From: an uncultured delta proteobacterium
GTDB taxonomy: Bacteria; Desulfobacterota; Desulfobaccia; Desulfobaccales; 0-14-0-80-60-11
Assembly (NCBI GenBank): GCA_963812015.1
Contig: CAWETI010000003.1
Location: 1,312,001-1,376,000 of the forward strand
Reading direction: 5' to 3'
Length of the DNA: 64,000 bases
In this document: positions 21,131 to 29,728 of the stretch, one piece after another
Numbering within the stretch: position 1 is the stretch's first letter
Layout of the letters: every line of letters begins with the position of its first letter
Notes under the pieces: model-generated
What the model was told of the DNA's origin: nothing
The model's database searches: none
What the model saw: the letters and a program-made list of their open reading frames with translations, nothing else
Made by a program: the position numbers and the translations under genes

Positions 21131-21559
21131 TCAAGCGGCCTTGACGATATTTCTGGCCGGGTTGGGTCCCAGCTTATAGGCCCGGTCGGTCATCTCCTGG
21201 CACACCGCGGCAAATTTCGGGCCTTCCGAGGCGGAGACATGGAACATCTCCAGCCGTTCCGGCTCTATACCCACTTCCGCCAGGATCTTTTTTGCCCTTG
21301 CCACCCGCTTGGCGGCGAACAGGTTGCCGCTCATATAATGGCAGTCGCCTTCGTGACAGCCGGAGACAAACACCATGTCGGCCCCCAACTCAAAGGCCTT
21401 GAGCAGGAATAAGATGTCCACCCGGCCGGTGCAGGGGACCATGATGATCCTGATGTTTGGCGGATACTGCAGTCGCATGGAGCCCGCCAGGTCGGCCCCG
21501 TTGTAAGAACACCACCGGCATAAGAAAGCCAGGACTTTCGGATTATACGAGGTTTGCAT
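21131..21559 (-). CDS. mvhD: hydrogenase iron-sulfur subunit MvhD/FlpD ([2Fe-2S])
   Basis: FLCRWCSY, ADLAG, VPCTGRV, GCHEGDCHY; all-Cys version. Confidence 0.9.
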   Translation of the reverse strand: MQTSYNPKVLAFLCRWCSYNGADLAGSMRLQYPPNIRIIMVPCTGRVDILFLLKAFELGADMVFVSGCHEGDCHYMSGNLFAAKRVARAKKILAEVGIEPERLEMFHVSASEGPKFAAVCQEMTDRAYKLGPNPARNIVKAA

Positions 21560-21626
21560 AGTCGGTTTCCTTGTCCCGCCACCGCCTCGAACCGCCTGGG
21601 GTGGGGGCGCGTTTGGGATTAGTGGT

Positions 21627-22139
21627 TTATTGATCCCCTTTGGCCACCGGGTAGGCGGCCTCACCCCAGGCCTTGATGCCGCCGGGATACCGGTAGACGT
21701 TCTTATAGCCCAGCTTCACCGCCCACATGGCGCCGTTGTGGCTGCGGGTGCATTTGACGAAGCCGCAGTAGAACACCAGGGTTTTATCCTTGTCGGGTCC
21801 CAGGAATTTCTCGAATTTGGCCTTGGCGTCATCGTCCATCTCCTTTACTTCCGGAATGGGAAACTCATACTGCACCGCGCCGGGGATATGCTGCTTCACA
21901 TAACTGTCCTTCAGGGGCATGGTGTCGATGATCATCATGGGTTTCTTCTGGTCGATCCAGGCCTTCAGTTCCGGGGTGGTCACCGGTTTATAACCGCCCC
22001 GCGCCACTTCCCGGGATAAATTGACGGCAGAGGTTTCCGTATCCAACTCTTTGCCGGACCACGACTTGTCGCAGCCCACCAGGGCCAAGGCCACGATGAG
22101 AATGAGCCCACCCAGAAGGTACACGTGTTTTTTGGTCAT
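21627..22139 (-). CDS. rhodanese-domain lipoprotein
   Basis: Signal peptide with lipobox LVGC, HIPGA, FYCGFVKCTRS loop, YPGGIKAW. Confidence 0.88.
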   Translation of the reverse strand: MTKKHVYLLGGLILIVALALVGCDKSWSGKELDTETSAVNLSREVARGGYKPVTTPELKAWIDQKKPMMIIDTMPLKDSYVKQHIPGAVQYEFPIPEVKEMDDDAKAKFEKFLGPDKDKTLVFYCGFVKCTRSHNGAMWAVKLGYKNVYRYPGGIKAWGEAAYPVAKGDQ

Positions 22140-22714
22140 TGTTTTGCCTCTCCTTTTAACCGTACTATTAGTTTCCTGACCCAGAGGCTTTGGGGTGATC
22201 GACCCCGCCGCCACCGGTACAGAAAAAGAGTTACCCCCATCATGATGAGGTCGCGCCATAAGGCGGTTTTGACGCTTTTTTGGGCGTCAAGTTCATCCCC
22301 GGTGAAACAGCCGCAGTCGATGTCCAGGTTTTGCCAGACCGCGAATCCCAGTATCACCAGGAATATGAGGAGTAAAATACCGATAACGGTGAGGCTGCCC
22401 CGGACTTCCAGGGTGAGCCCCAGGCCCGCCAGTAGTTCCAGGCTCGGCAGACCGATGGCCACCAGGGGCAGCAGGCCCTCGGGCACCAGGTCATACTGGG
22501 CGATGGCGTGGGCAAAGGTCCGGGGGTCCAGGAGTTTAACGAACCCTGCATAGATGAAGACCCCCGCCAGGGCCAGTCTCAGACCATGGTAAATCCAGGT
22601 GACGTAATCATCCCCGCCGCGGCCGGATTGGGGCCGGGACCGGCTGAGGGCGCCGGCCAGAGCCATTTTCTGGCAGGTTTTGGGCTTGGCTTCGGTTCTC
22701 GACAAACGCATCAC
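22136..22714 (-). CDS. MauE/DoxX-family redox-associated membrane protein
   Basis: RLALAGVFIYAGFVKL, LPSLELLAG, DIDCGCF, RDL; start uncertain; 4-nt overlap with the rhodanese gene. Confidence 0.85.
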   Translation of the reverse strand: MMRLSRTEAKPKTCQKMALAGALSRSRPQSGRGGDDYVTWIYHGLRLALAGVFIYAGFVKLLDPRTFAHAIAQYDLVPEGLLPLVAIGLPSLELLAGLGLTLEVRGSLTVIGILLLIFLVILGFAVWQNLDIDCGCFTGDELDAQKSVKTALWRDLIMMGVTLFLYRWRRGRSPQSLWVRKLIVRLKGEAKQ

Positions 22715-23068
22715 CCTGCATGGGGTTCAGACTATGATCAAACGGCGATGGACCAGGGCCGGACGAGGCCACCGGCCTGGTGGAGGCGGGTAAGGTCTAG
22801 GGGCGCTGCCTGGACCACACCCCGCGGTGGGGTCTGGCCGAGGCTGGCAACCGGGCGCGTGTGGGCGCGCCGGCGCCATTCACTGCTTTAAGAAGCTAGT
22901 GGCGTTTACGTCGGTAGGCCGAGAGACTGAAAAGACAAGTATGTAGGGTTAATGCAAGGGGGGGATTGATCCAGGGGTGCAGCGTGCGGAGGAGTCCCAG
23001 CGATCAGCCCATCCCTTGTCCGGCCTCCGAATCCAGAGCCTTACCAAGGCTCCCCGGACGCCGGCGCT

Positions 23069-23107
23069 TCAGGATTTCAGGGGTGTGAAAAAGAGCGGCC
23101 GATTCAC
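23069..23107 (-). CDS. putative 12-codon leader peptide MNRPLFFTPLKS
   Basis: GTG start preceded by AGGAGGTGATCCA; TGA at 23071-23069. Confidence 0.4.
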   Translation of the reverse strand: MNRPLFFTPLKS

Positions 23108-23141
23108 TGGATCACCTCCTCGAAAAGAGTTACTGGGCAAG

Positions 23142-23170
23142 ATAATATAAGAGAACCTGCCATGAAGCAA
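23142..23170 (-). promoter_or_regulatory. sigma70-type promoter
   Basis: TTGCTT-N17-TATTAT on the minus strand, upstream of the leader. Confidence 0.55.
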
Positions 23171-23402
23171 CAGATTTTTCCCACCGGAATCCGAAGGGGG
23201 CCGGCCAGGAGCAGCAAAGCCGCGAGGGCCGTAAGCTGAGAACCGCCTGGAGCCGCGCCAGGAGCAGGTTTCAGCCCCCGGGGCGCCCGGCTATCCGGCA
23301 GGCCGAGGAAAGGCGGAGCCTGAATAACCTCCTGCCGGTTTCCAATTTTCCGGACTTTACAGTACAATCCGGGGAAAATCTCAATCCTTCCTCCCGGAGG
23401 CC

Positions 23403-24773
23403 ATGATGGGTAATGCCATTAATCTCAATCACTTTTTGGCCGTGGGGCTCCAGGCCCAGAACTATGTCCTTACCCACATCCTGGTTTGGAGCATGCTGGC
23501 GCAGCTCATGGTGGCGGGCTGCATGTATGCTCTGGCTCGCCTGGCCGCCGAGGCGGTGCGGCCGTGGCTGCGTAAGCAACTGGCGCGGCGCCCCCTCATT
23601 GAACACACCTTGCCGCACCTGACCAAGCTGGTCGCCGGCAGATTACTCGGCCCCATCTTCACGGTCGTCTTCCTATGGTTCGCCCTGGCTACCGCAAGCC
23701 GCTTCCACTGGCCCCATCACGGCATCCGCATCGTCTTGAGCCTGTTCCTGGCCTGGGTGATCATTCGCCTGCTGACCTCCCAGATGAAAAACCGTACCCT
23801 GGCCAGGCTCATCAGCCTCATCATCTGGTCCATCGCCGCCCTGGATATCGTCCATCTGCTCATCCCCTTCCTCGACCTGCTCGACAGCATCGACCTGACC
23901 ATCGTTGGCGTGCCCCTGACGGCCCTCAGCATTATCAAGGGCGGCCTTATTTTAGTGGCGCTGTTCTGGCTGTCCAAGAAAATCTTGGGGTTCTTCGGGC
24001 ACTGGATTAAGACGGTGCAAAATGTCACCCCCTCGGTCCAGGTACTGTTGTATAAGCTGCTCAGCCTCACCCTCTTCACCCTGGTGATCATCGGGGTCCT
24101 CTATTATATGGGATTCAATCTCACGGCCTTCGCGGTTTTCAGCGGCGGCATCGGCCTGGGCATCGGTTTCGGTCTGCAGAAGGTTTTCGCCAATCTGATC
24201 AGCGGCCTCATCATCCTGGCCGACAAGTCCATCAAGCCCGGGGACGTCATTCAACTGGGAGATAGCTATGGCTGGATTAATTATCTCGGTGGCCGCTATA
24301 TTTCGGTGGTGACCCGGGATGCCACGGAGCATCTTATCCCCAATGAAGACCTGATTACCAACCAGGTGATCAATTGGTCCTACAGCAACAACCTGTTGCG
24401 GGTCAAGATTCCCATCGGTATCGGCTATGATTCCGACATCCCCCAGGCCATGGAACTTATGCTGGAGGCCGCGGGCGCGGTGCCTCGAGTCCTGACCGAC
24501 CCCGAGCCCGCCTGCCTGCTCATGGGTTTTGGCGACAACTCCGTCGATTTTCAACTGCGGGTGTGGATTCGGGATCCGCAAAACGGCCTCAGCAACATAA
24601 AAAGCCAGATCCTCCTGGGGGTGTGGGAACGATTTCACCAGCATGGCATCGACTTGCCCTTCCCCCAGCGGGTCTTGCACCACAAGTCCGTACCCGAGCT
24701 TACGGTCGCCATCCGGCCCCAGGACCACACCGCCGGCGGCGACCCCGGGAATGACCGATTGCAGCCGATCTGA
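23403..24773 (+). CDS. MscS-family mechanosensitive channel
   Basis: GLGIGFGLQ..ANLISG, IKPGDVI, LIPNE, FGDNSVDF, FPQR. Confidence 0.92.
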   Translation: MMGNAINLNHFLAVGLQAQNYVLTHILVWSMLAQLMVAGCMYALARLAAEAVRPWLRKQLARRPLIEHTLPHLTKLVAGRLLGPIFTVVFLWFALATASRFHWPHHGIRIVLSLFLAWVIIRLLTSQMKNRTLARLISLIIWSIAALDIVHLLIPFLDLLDSIDLTIVGVPLTALSIIKGGLILVALFWLSKKILGFFGHWIKTVQNVTPSVQVLLYKLLSLTLFTLVIIGVLYYMGFNLTAFAVFSGGIGLGIGFGLQKVFANLISGLIILADKSIKPGDVIQLGDSYGWINYLGGRYISVVTRDATEHLIPNEDLITNQVINWSYSNNLLRVKIPIGIGYDSDIPQAMELMLEAAGAVPRVLTDPEPACLLMGFGDNSVDFQLRVWIRDPQNGLSNIKSQILLGVWERFHQHGIDLPFPQRVLHHKSVPELTVAIRPQDHTAGGDPGNDRLQPI

Positions 24774-24899
24774 CGGGCCGGTAAGAGTGTGAGCCTGTCA
24801 TGGGTTCATGGCAAACCAGCCCCCCCGGGTTGACAGACCTCTTCCGGTGGGATAAATGCTTAGCCAACGCTATACTCCAGACTGACAGGATTACCGTTC

Positions 24900-25880
24900 A
24901 TGGTGCTGATTATCCTCTGTGTGTTGGCCGGGTTGTGGCTGTTCCCCGGCGGGGTGGGCGCGGGCCCGGGCCTGCCCATGGGGGCGTCGCCCCCGGTCCC
25001 GGCCTCCGAGGTCGTGCGTTTTCCCTACTATGCCGCGCCGGCCCAGGCCTATCTCTGCGGCGAGCCGGTGCCCCTGGAGGAGCCCGAGGTCAAAGAGGCC
25101 CTGGACCGGGAGTTTGCCATCGAGGTCTGGAGCCGGGCCCAGACCACCATGTGGCTGAAACGGGCGCACCGCTATTTTCCGGAAATTGAACGGAAACTCC
25201 GGGCCCGGCGTCTCCCCCTGGACCTGAAATATGTGGTCCTGGCGGAAAGCGACCTGCGCGCCCAGGCCCGGTCGTCCGCCGGCGCCCTGGGCCCCTGGCA
25301 GTTCATGGCGCCCACGGCCCAGCATTTTCAACTGAGGTTAGACAAAGACGTGGACGAACGCCTGGAGTTCGGGGCTTCCACCGATGCGGCCCTGACGTAT
25401 CTGGACAAGCTGCACCAGATGTTTCAGAACTGGTCCCTGGCCCTGGCGGCATACAACGCCGGGGAAGGCCGGGTCCAAAAGGCCATCGCCGTGCAGGGGG
25501 TCAACAACTTCTACCACCTGAGCCTGCCGGAGGAGACCGAGCGCTATGTGCACCGCATCCTGGCGGCCAAAATCATCATGGAAGACCCCACCCGCTACGG
25601 CTTCGATATTCCCGAGGATCAGCTTTATCCGCCCCTTACTTATGACGAAGTGCAGCTCACCCTGGCTCAGGCGGTGCCGGTGAGAAGACTGGCCGAAGCC
25701 AGCGGCACCTATTATAAGGCCATCAAGACCCTCAACCCCTGGATCAAGGGTGATGCTCTGGCCCCGGGGGCCTTCCGCCTGAAAATTCCCAAAGGGTCCG
25801 CGCCCCGCTTCCAGGCGCTCATGCGCCAGGGGGAGCCGGCCGGCCCGGCCGCGCCCGGGGCCGGGACTAATAAGAAGTGA
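24900..25880 (+). CDS. lytic transglycosylase (SLT/MltD-like)
   Basis: AES, AGALGPWQFM, AAYNAGEG, ETERYV. Confidence 0.9.
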   Translation: MVLIILCVLAGLWLFPGGVGAGPGLPMGASPPVPASEVVRFPYYAAPAQAYLCGEPVPLEEPEVKEALDREFAIEVWSRAQTTMWLKRAHRYFPEIERKLRARRLPLDLKYVVLAESDLRAQARSSAGALGPWQFMAPTAQHFQLRLDKDVDERLEFGASTDAALTYLDKLHQMFQNWSLALAAYNAGEGRVQKAIAVQGVNNFYHLSLPEETERYVHRILAAKIIMEDPTRYGFDIPEDQLYPPLTYDEVQLTLAQAVPVRRLAEASGTYYKAIKTLNPWIKGDALAPGAFRLKIPKGSAPRFQALMRQGEPAGPAAPGAGTNKK

Positions 25881-25888
25881 GGCCATGC

Positions 25889-27259
25889 ATGAAGAAGGAG
25901 ATGACCAGTCCGGGGCCCGAGCCGGTTTCCTTGATCATCCAGGGCGCCTGGGTGTTGACCATGAATCCCGAAGACGAGGTGTTCTCCCCCGGGGCGGTGG
26001 CCATCAAGGACGCCGAGATTGTCGCGGTGGGGCCCCCCGGGGAGATCAGGCAACGCTACACCCCGGCCCAGGTGCTGGACTACCCCCAGGGCTTGATCCT
26101 CCCGGGCCTCATTAATGCCCATACCCATGCCGCCATGGCCCTGTTTCGCGGCCTGGCCGACGACCTGCCCCTGGAAGAATGGCTGAATAATTATATCTTC
26201 CCCGCCGAAAGCCGGGTCAACGGCGATTTTGTCTATTGGGGCACCAGGCTGGCGGTGGCCGAGATGCTGCTTTCCGGCACCACCACCTTCGCCGACATGT
26301 ATCTGTTTGCCGACCAGGTGGCTAAAGCCGCGGCCGAGACCGGCATCCGGGCGGTGGTGGGAGAGGTGCTCTACGACTTCCCCTCGCCCAACTACGGCCC
26401 CCCCGCCGCGGGCCTGAAGTTCAGCGAAGACCTGTGCCGCGCCTGGCGGGATCATCCCCTGATCCGGGTGGCCATCCAGCCGCATGCCGTCTACACCTGC
26501 TCCCCGGAGTTATTGCTGCAGTGCGGCGAGTTGGCGGAAAAGTATGACACCCGGCTCATTATCCATCTTGCCGAGACAGTTCGGGAGGTGAAGGACTGCC
26601 AGACCCGCTACGGCGCCACCCCGGTAGGGCACCTTTACCGCCTGGGACTCCTCAACCACCGGCTCTTGGCGGACCATGCGGTGGTGTTAAGCGGTGCGGA
26701 CCGCATGCTCCTGACGGCCAGCGGGGCCGGGGTGGCCCACTGCCCGGAGTCCAACATGAAGCTGGCTTCCGGGATCGCGCCGATAACGGACCTCTTGCGC
26801 CGGGGGATACCGGTGGGCCTGGGGACGGACGGCTGCGCCTCCAACAACAACCTGGATCTCATCCAGGAGATGGATACCGCCGCCAAGCTCCAGAAGGTGC
26901 ATACCATGGACCCCACCGTGCTGCCGGCGCCCACCGCCCTGGGCCTGGCCACCCGGGGCGGCGCCCGGGTTCTGGGTATGGCGGACCAGGTGGGGGCCCT
27001 GGCCCCGGGCCTGAAAGGGGACCTGATCGTGATTGACCTCGATCAGCCCCATCTGACCCCCCTCTATGACCCCTATTCCCACCTGGTATATGCCGCCACC
27101 GGCGCCGACGTTCAGACGGTCCTGGTCAATGGTCGCATCGTGGTCCAGGACCACCGCCTCCTCTCCTTCGACCTGGAAGAGACTTTGGTCCGGGCCCGGG
27201 AATTGGCCGGCGGGCTCTTGGCCAAGCAAGTCGGCAACCTGACCTCCCGTCCGGGATAA
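25889..27259 (+). CDS. amidohydrolase, MtaD-like (MTA/SAH deaminase)
   Basis: PGLINAHTH, HLAET, HCPESNMKLASG, GTDGCASNN; start approximate. Confidence 0.85.
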   Translation: MKKEMTSPGPEPVSLIIQGAWVLTMNPEDEVFSPGAVAIKDAEIVAVGPPGEIRQRYTPAQVLDYPQGLILPGLINAHTHAAMALFRGLADDLPLEEWLNNYIFPAESRVNGDFVYWGTRLAVAEMLLSGTTTFADMYLFADQVAKAAAETGIRAVVGEVLYDFPSPNYGPPAAGLKFSEDLCRAWRDHPLIRVAIQPHAVYTCSPELLLQCGELAEKYDTRLIIHLAETVREVKDCQTRYGATPVGHLYRLGLLNHRLLADHAVVLSGADRMLLTASGAGVAHCPESNMKLASGIAPITDLLRRGIPVGLGTDGCASNNNLDLIQEMDTAAKLQKVHTMDPTVLPAPTALGLATRGGARVLGMADQVGALAPGLKGDLIVIDLDQPHLTPLYDPYSHLVYAATGADVQTVLVNGRIVVQDHRLLSFDLEETLVRARELAGGLLAKQVGNLTSRPG

Positions 27260-27413
27260 GGCGCCTCGCCTCCGGTGCGGGCCGCTTCGACCTTGCCGGG
27301 ACCTGGCCCCACCTTCCCCTCTCGGACAGCTCACCCGCGCCCCGGCCCGCGGTTGCGCCTCGCCGTATCGTTGCGGGCATTTTTGAGAAAAAACGACATC
27401 GTGCCGATAAGTC

Positions 27414-27548
27414 TATAAGCTATTGCAAAAGCGGGTTATTGTGTCACCCTGAGCGTCAGCGAATGGTCTAGGTTATTGGAATGAATAGATTCTTCGCTTC
27501 GCTCAGCATGACCAACTGGCGCAAAAAGAGGTCTTGAAATAGGTTCTA
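27414..27548. mobile_element. MITE-like element with imperfect terminal inverted repeats enclosing a REP-like palindrome
   Basis: TATAAGCTATTGCAAAA / TCTTGAAATAGGTTCTA ends (13/17 match); internal TGTCACCCTGAGCG...CGCTCAGCATGAC hairpin at 27442-27512. Confidence 0.5.
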
Positions 27549-27812
27549 GCGTCAGGCGTGGTGGCAAGGGGTACAACCAAGGTGGCGTCAGGAGAGTTAT
27601 GGTTGGGTTTAGGGGGCGTGATGCATCCCGGCCTGGGGCCTACTGCCTCGCGCCCCTACCAGGCCCCATCAAAGAACTTTATTCCCGGCGACCCGGCATA
27701 ACTCCCATCCTCGCAGCCCGGCAAGACCTCCAGGGGCAAGCCGGGGGATAACTGCGGTTGAAGCGGCAGAGAGGCGCTCCCGGGAGGAGCCGTTGCCGCA
27801 GTGAGGTCGAAG

Positions 27813-28136
27813 ATGAGTGTTAAGATTATCAGCAGAAGGCTGGATTCCCGCAAGGTTAGTATCAAGATGGTGGATGGCTCCCTGATCCACGGGAAGATCA
27901 ATCTGGCTCATGATGAAGGGGCGACCCTAAGGGTGAGCGATGTCTTCACCCAAAAAGCTGATCCTTTTATTGTGGTGTTCGATGTCACGGCGGAGGGCAA
28001 AAGCGGGAGGGTAATGATCTTAAATAAACGCAACATTGCCTGGGTATCGCCGGAAGAAGAACCGGTGCTTCAGGAAGAGGAGCACCCGCCCGAGCCGACC
28101 GGCGGTTCCCTGAAGGATCGGTTGCGGTCCACTTAG
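27813..28136 (+). CDS. small conserved protein (DUF6812-like)
   Basis: DGS.IHGKINL...RVSD.F...FIVV...ILNK..IAWV pattern. Confidence 0.65.
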   Translation: MSVKIISRRLDSRKVSIKMVDGSLIHGKINLAHDEGATLRVSDVFTQKADPFIVVFDVTAEGKSGRVMILNKRNIAWVSPEEEPVLQEEEHPPEPTGGSLKDRLRST

Positions 28137-28283
28137 GTTGGGCGCCTATCCCGAAGTGAGCGGCATATCAGCCGGGGCCTCAGGGCCCGGCGGCCTGCCG
28201 CACCAACCCTCATCCTCCTGAAGTCCGCTCTTACTCCTTCCCAGGAAACCGGGCCCCGGCTTGCCCCGATCCTCCCTACCCGA

Positions 28284-28658
28284 TTAACTCCGGGCAATCA
28301 AAAATACCCCTAAACAGGTGACGACGATGCCCGCCAGGCGGGTGGCGCCCACCGCTTCGCCGAACATGGCCCGGGCCAGGATGGCGGTGAAGACATAGCC
28401 CAGGCTGATGAGCGGATAAGCGTAACTGACTTCCGCCTTGGACAGGACGATGAGCCAGACCATGAACCCCAGGCCATAGCAGACGAGTCCCAACAGCACA
28501 TGGAGATTGGTGGCCGCTTTGATAAAGACGGGTGGCAGGGTTGACAGGGAGAGAGAAAAATTTCCGATCTTGGCCATGCCGTATTTTAATGACAACTGAC
28601 CGGTGACATTGAGGGCCACATCCACTAAGATCAGGATGAGAACTACGTATTTGACCAT
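28284..28658 (-). CDS. EamA/SMR-family 4-TM transporter (ArnE/ArnF-like)
   Basis: GQLSLKYG, EVSYAYPLISLGY, FGE; four hydrophobic segments. Confidence 0.8.
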   Translation of the reverse strand: MVKYVVLILILVDVALNVTGQLSLKYGMAKIGNFSLSLSTLPPVFIKAATNLHVLLGLVCYGLGFMVWLIVLSKAEVSYAYPLISLGYVFTAILARAMFGEAVGATRLAGIVVTCLGVFLIARS

Positions 28659-28723
28659 TACACCATTCCTTGAAATAATGAATATATATGTTAACGTCTG
28701 ATTTTCGGAAAAGTTAAGTTCCG

Positions 28724-29512
28724 ATGCAAGAAAATAATGCTCCCGGGGCCCATCCGGGCCTCACCCGGATCCAGCGCCTCGACCCCCGGACCAAGCTGCT
28801 GCTGCTGGCGGCCAGCTTCGCCATGCTGCTGTTGCCCGAGAGCCCCCAGGCGGCGGCCCTGGCGACCCTGGCGGTCCTGGTCCACGTGACCCTGGCCCGG
28901 GCCTGGCGGGCCCTCCTCCCCATCCGCTGGCTGCTGGTGGCCCTGGCCCTCTTCAGCCTGGGGGTCTGGTCCTGGATGGCTCACGGCCCCACCCCCATTT
29001 TCTGGCGAGTCAGCCGGGAATCCCTAGCCTTCGGCACGGCCAACTTTCTGAAACTGGGCGCCATGATGATAGCCGGCCTCACCCTGCTGGCCACCACCCC
29101 GGCGGAAGAACTTTTCCTGGGCCTGGTGAAGTTGCGGTTGCCGTATGCCGGGGCCTTTGCCTTTGCCCTGGCGCTGCGCTGGGTGCCCGAGATCTTCGCC
29201 ACGGCCCTGCGGGTCAAGGAGGCCCAGGAGGCCCGGGGCTTGAACTGGGAGCAGGGTAATCCCCTGGACCGCCTGAAACGGCACCTGCCTCTGCTGGCGC
29301 CGATTTTCCTCCTGACCCTGCGGCGCAGCCAGTCCATGGCGTGGGCCCTGGAGGCCCGGGGCTTCCAGATGAGCCCCCGCCGCACCTATCTCCTGGAGTT
29401 GCGGATGTCGTCCGGGGATTGGCTGGCCCTGGGGGTGGCCGCGGTTCTTCTGGCCGGGTTCATCTGCCTGCATCTGCTCCACTGGGACCGGATTCCCGGC
29501 TTGCAGCTGTGA
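28724..29512 (+). CDS. ECF transporter transmembrane component T
   Basis: LDPRTKL, AQEARG and ALEARGF motifs. Confidence 0.88.
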   Translation: MQENNAPGAHPGLTRIQRLDPRTKLLLLAASFAMLLLPESPQAAALATLAVLVHVTLARAWRALLPIRWLLVALALFSLGVWSWMAHGPTPIFWRVSRESLAFGTANFLKLGAMMIAGLTLLATTPAEELFLGLVKLRLPYAGAFAFALALRWVPEIFATALRVKEAQEARGLNWEQGNPLDRLKRHLPLLAPIFLLTLRRSQSMAWALEARGFQMSPRRTYLLELRMSSGDWLALGVAAVLLAGFICLHLLHWDRIPGLQL

Positions 29513-29521
29513 AGGAGGCGC

Positions 29522-29637
29522 TAGTGTTGTGCTTCGGAATTTGTATGATATAAATCTGCAGGGGTTTTACGGCAACTGCTCATAAGTCCCCTTATGGAAG
29601 GTTTTGAACCTCATAGCTATTATGAAGCACAGCCCTA
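29522..29637. mobile_element. MITE-like element
   Basis: TAGTGTTGTGCTTCGGAAT / ATTATGAAGCACAGCCCTA inverted ends (15/19 match); no ORF. Confidence 0.55.
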
Positions 29638-29728
29638 AAAATGGGTTCTCTTGTCAGGAGAGAGCCGGGGGGGGCCTTAACGGCGAGTCCGGGTGGCTGT
29701 CCTCTAACGTTCCTCCCCATCTGTAAGT

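Noticed and set aside
17850..22714. In-frame UGA (selenocysteine) in mvhD, yedF, rhodanese or DCCP
   Set aside because: All read as full-length Cys-containing ORFs; no recoding is needed
23107..23120. CTGGATCACCTCCT, identical to the 16S rRNA 3' end
   Set aside because: No other rRNA sequence surrounds it; better read as an extended Shine-Dalgarno on the minus strand
27403..27410. GCCGATAA sigma28 -10 box
   Set aside because: No TAAA-like -35 at the 15-nt spacing, and it abuts a MITE about 400 bp from the next gene
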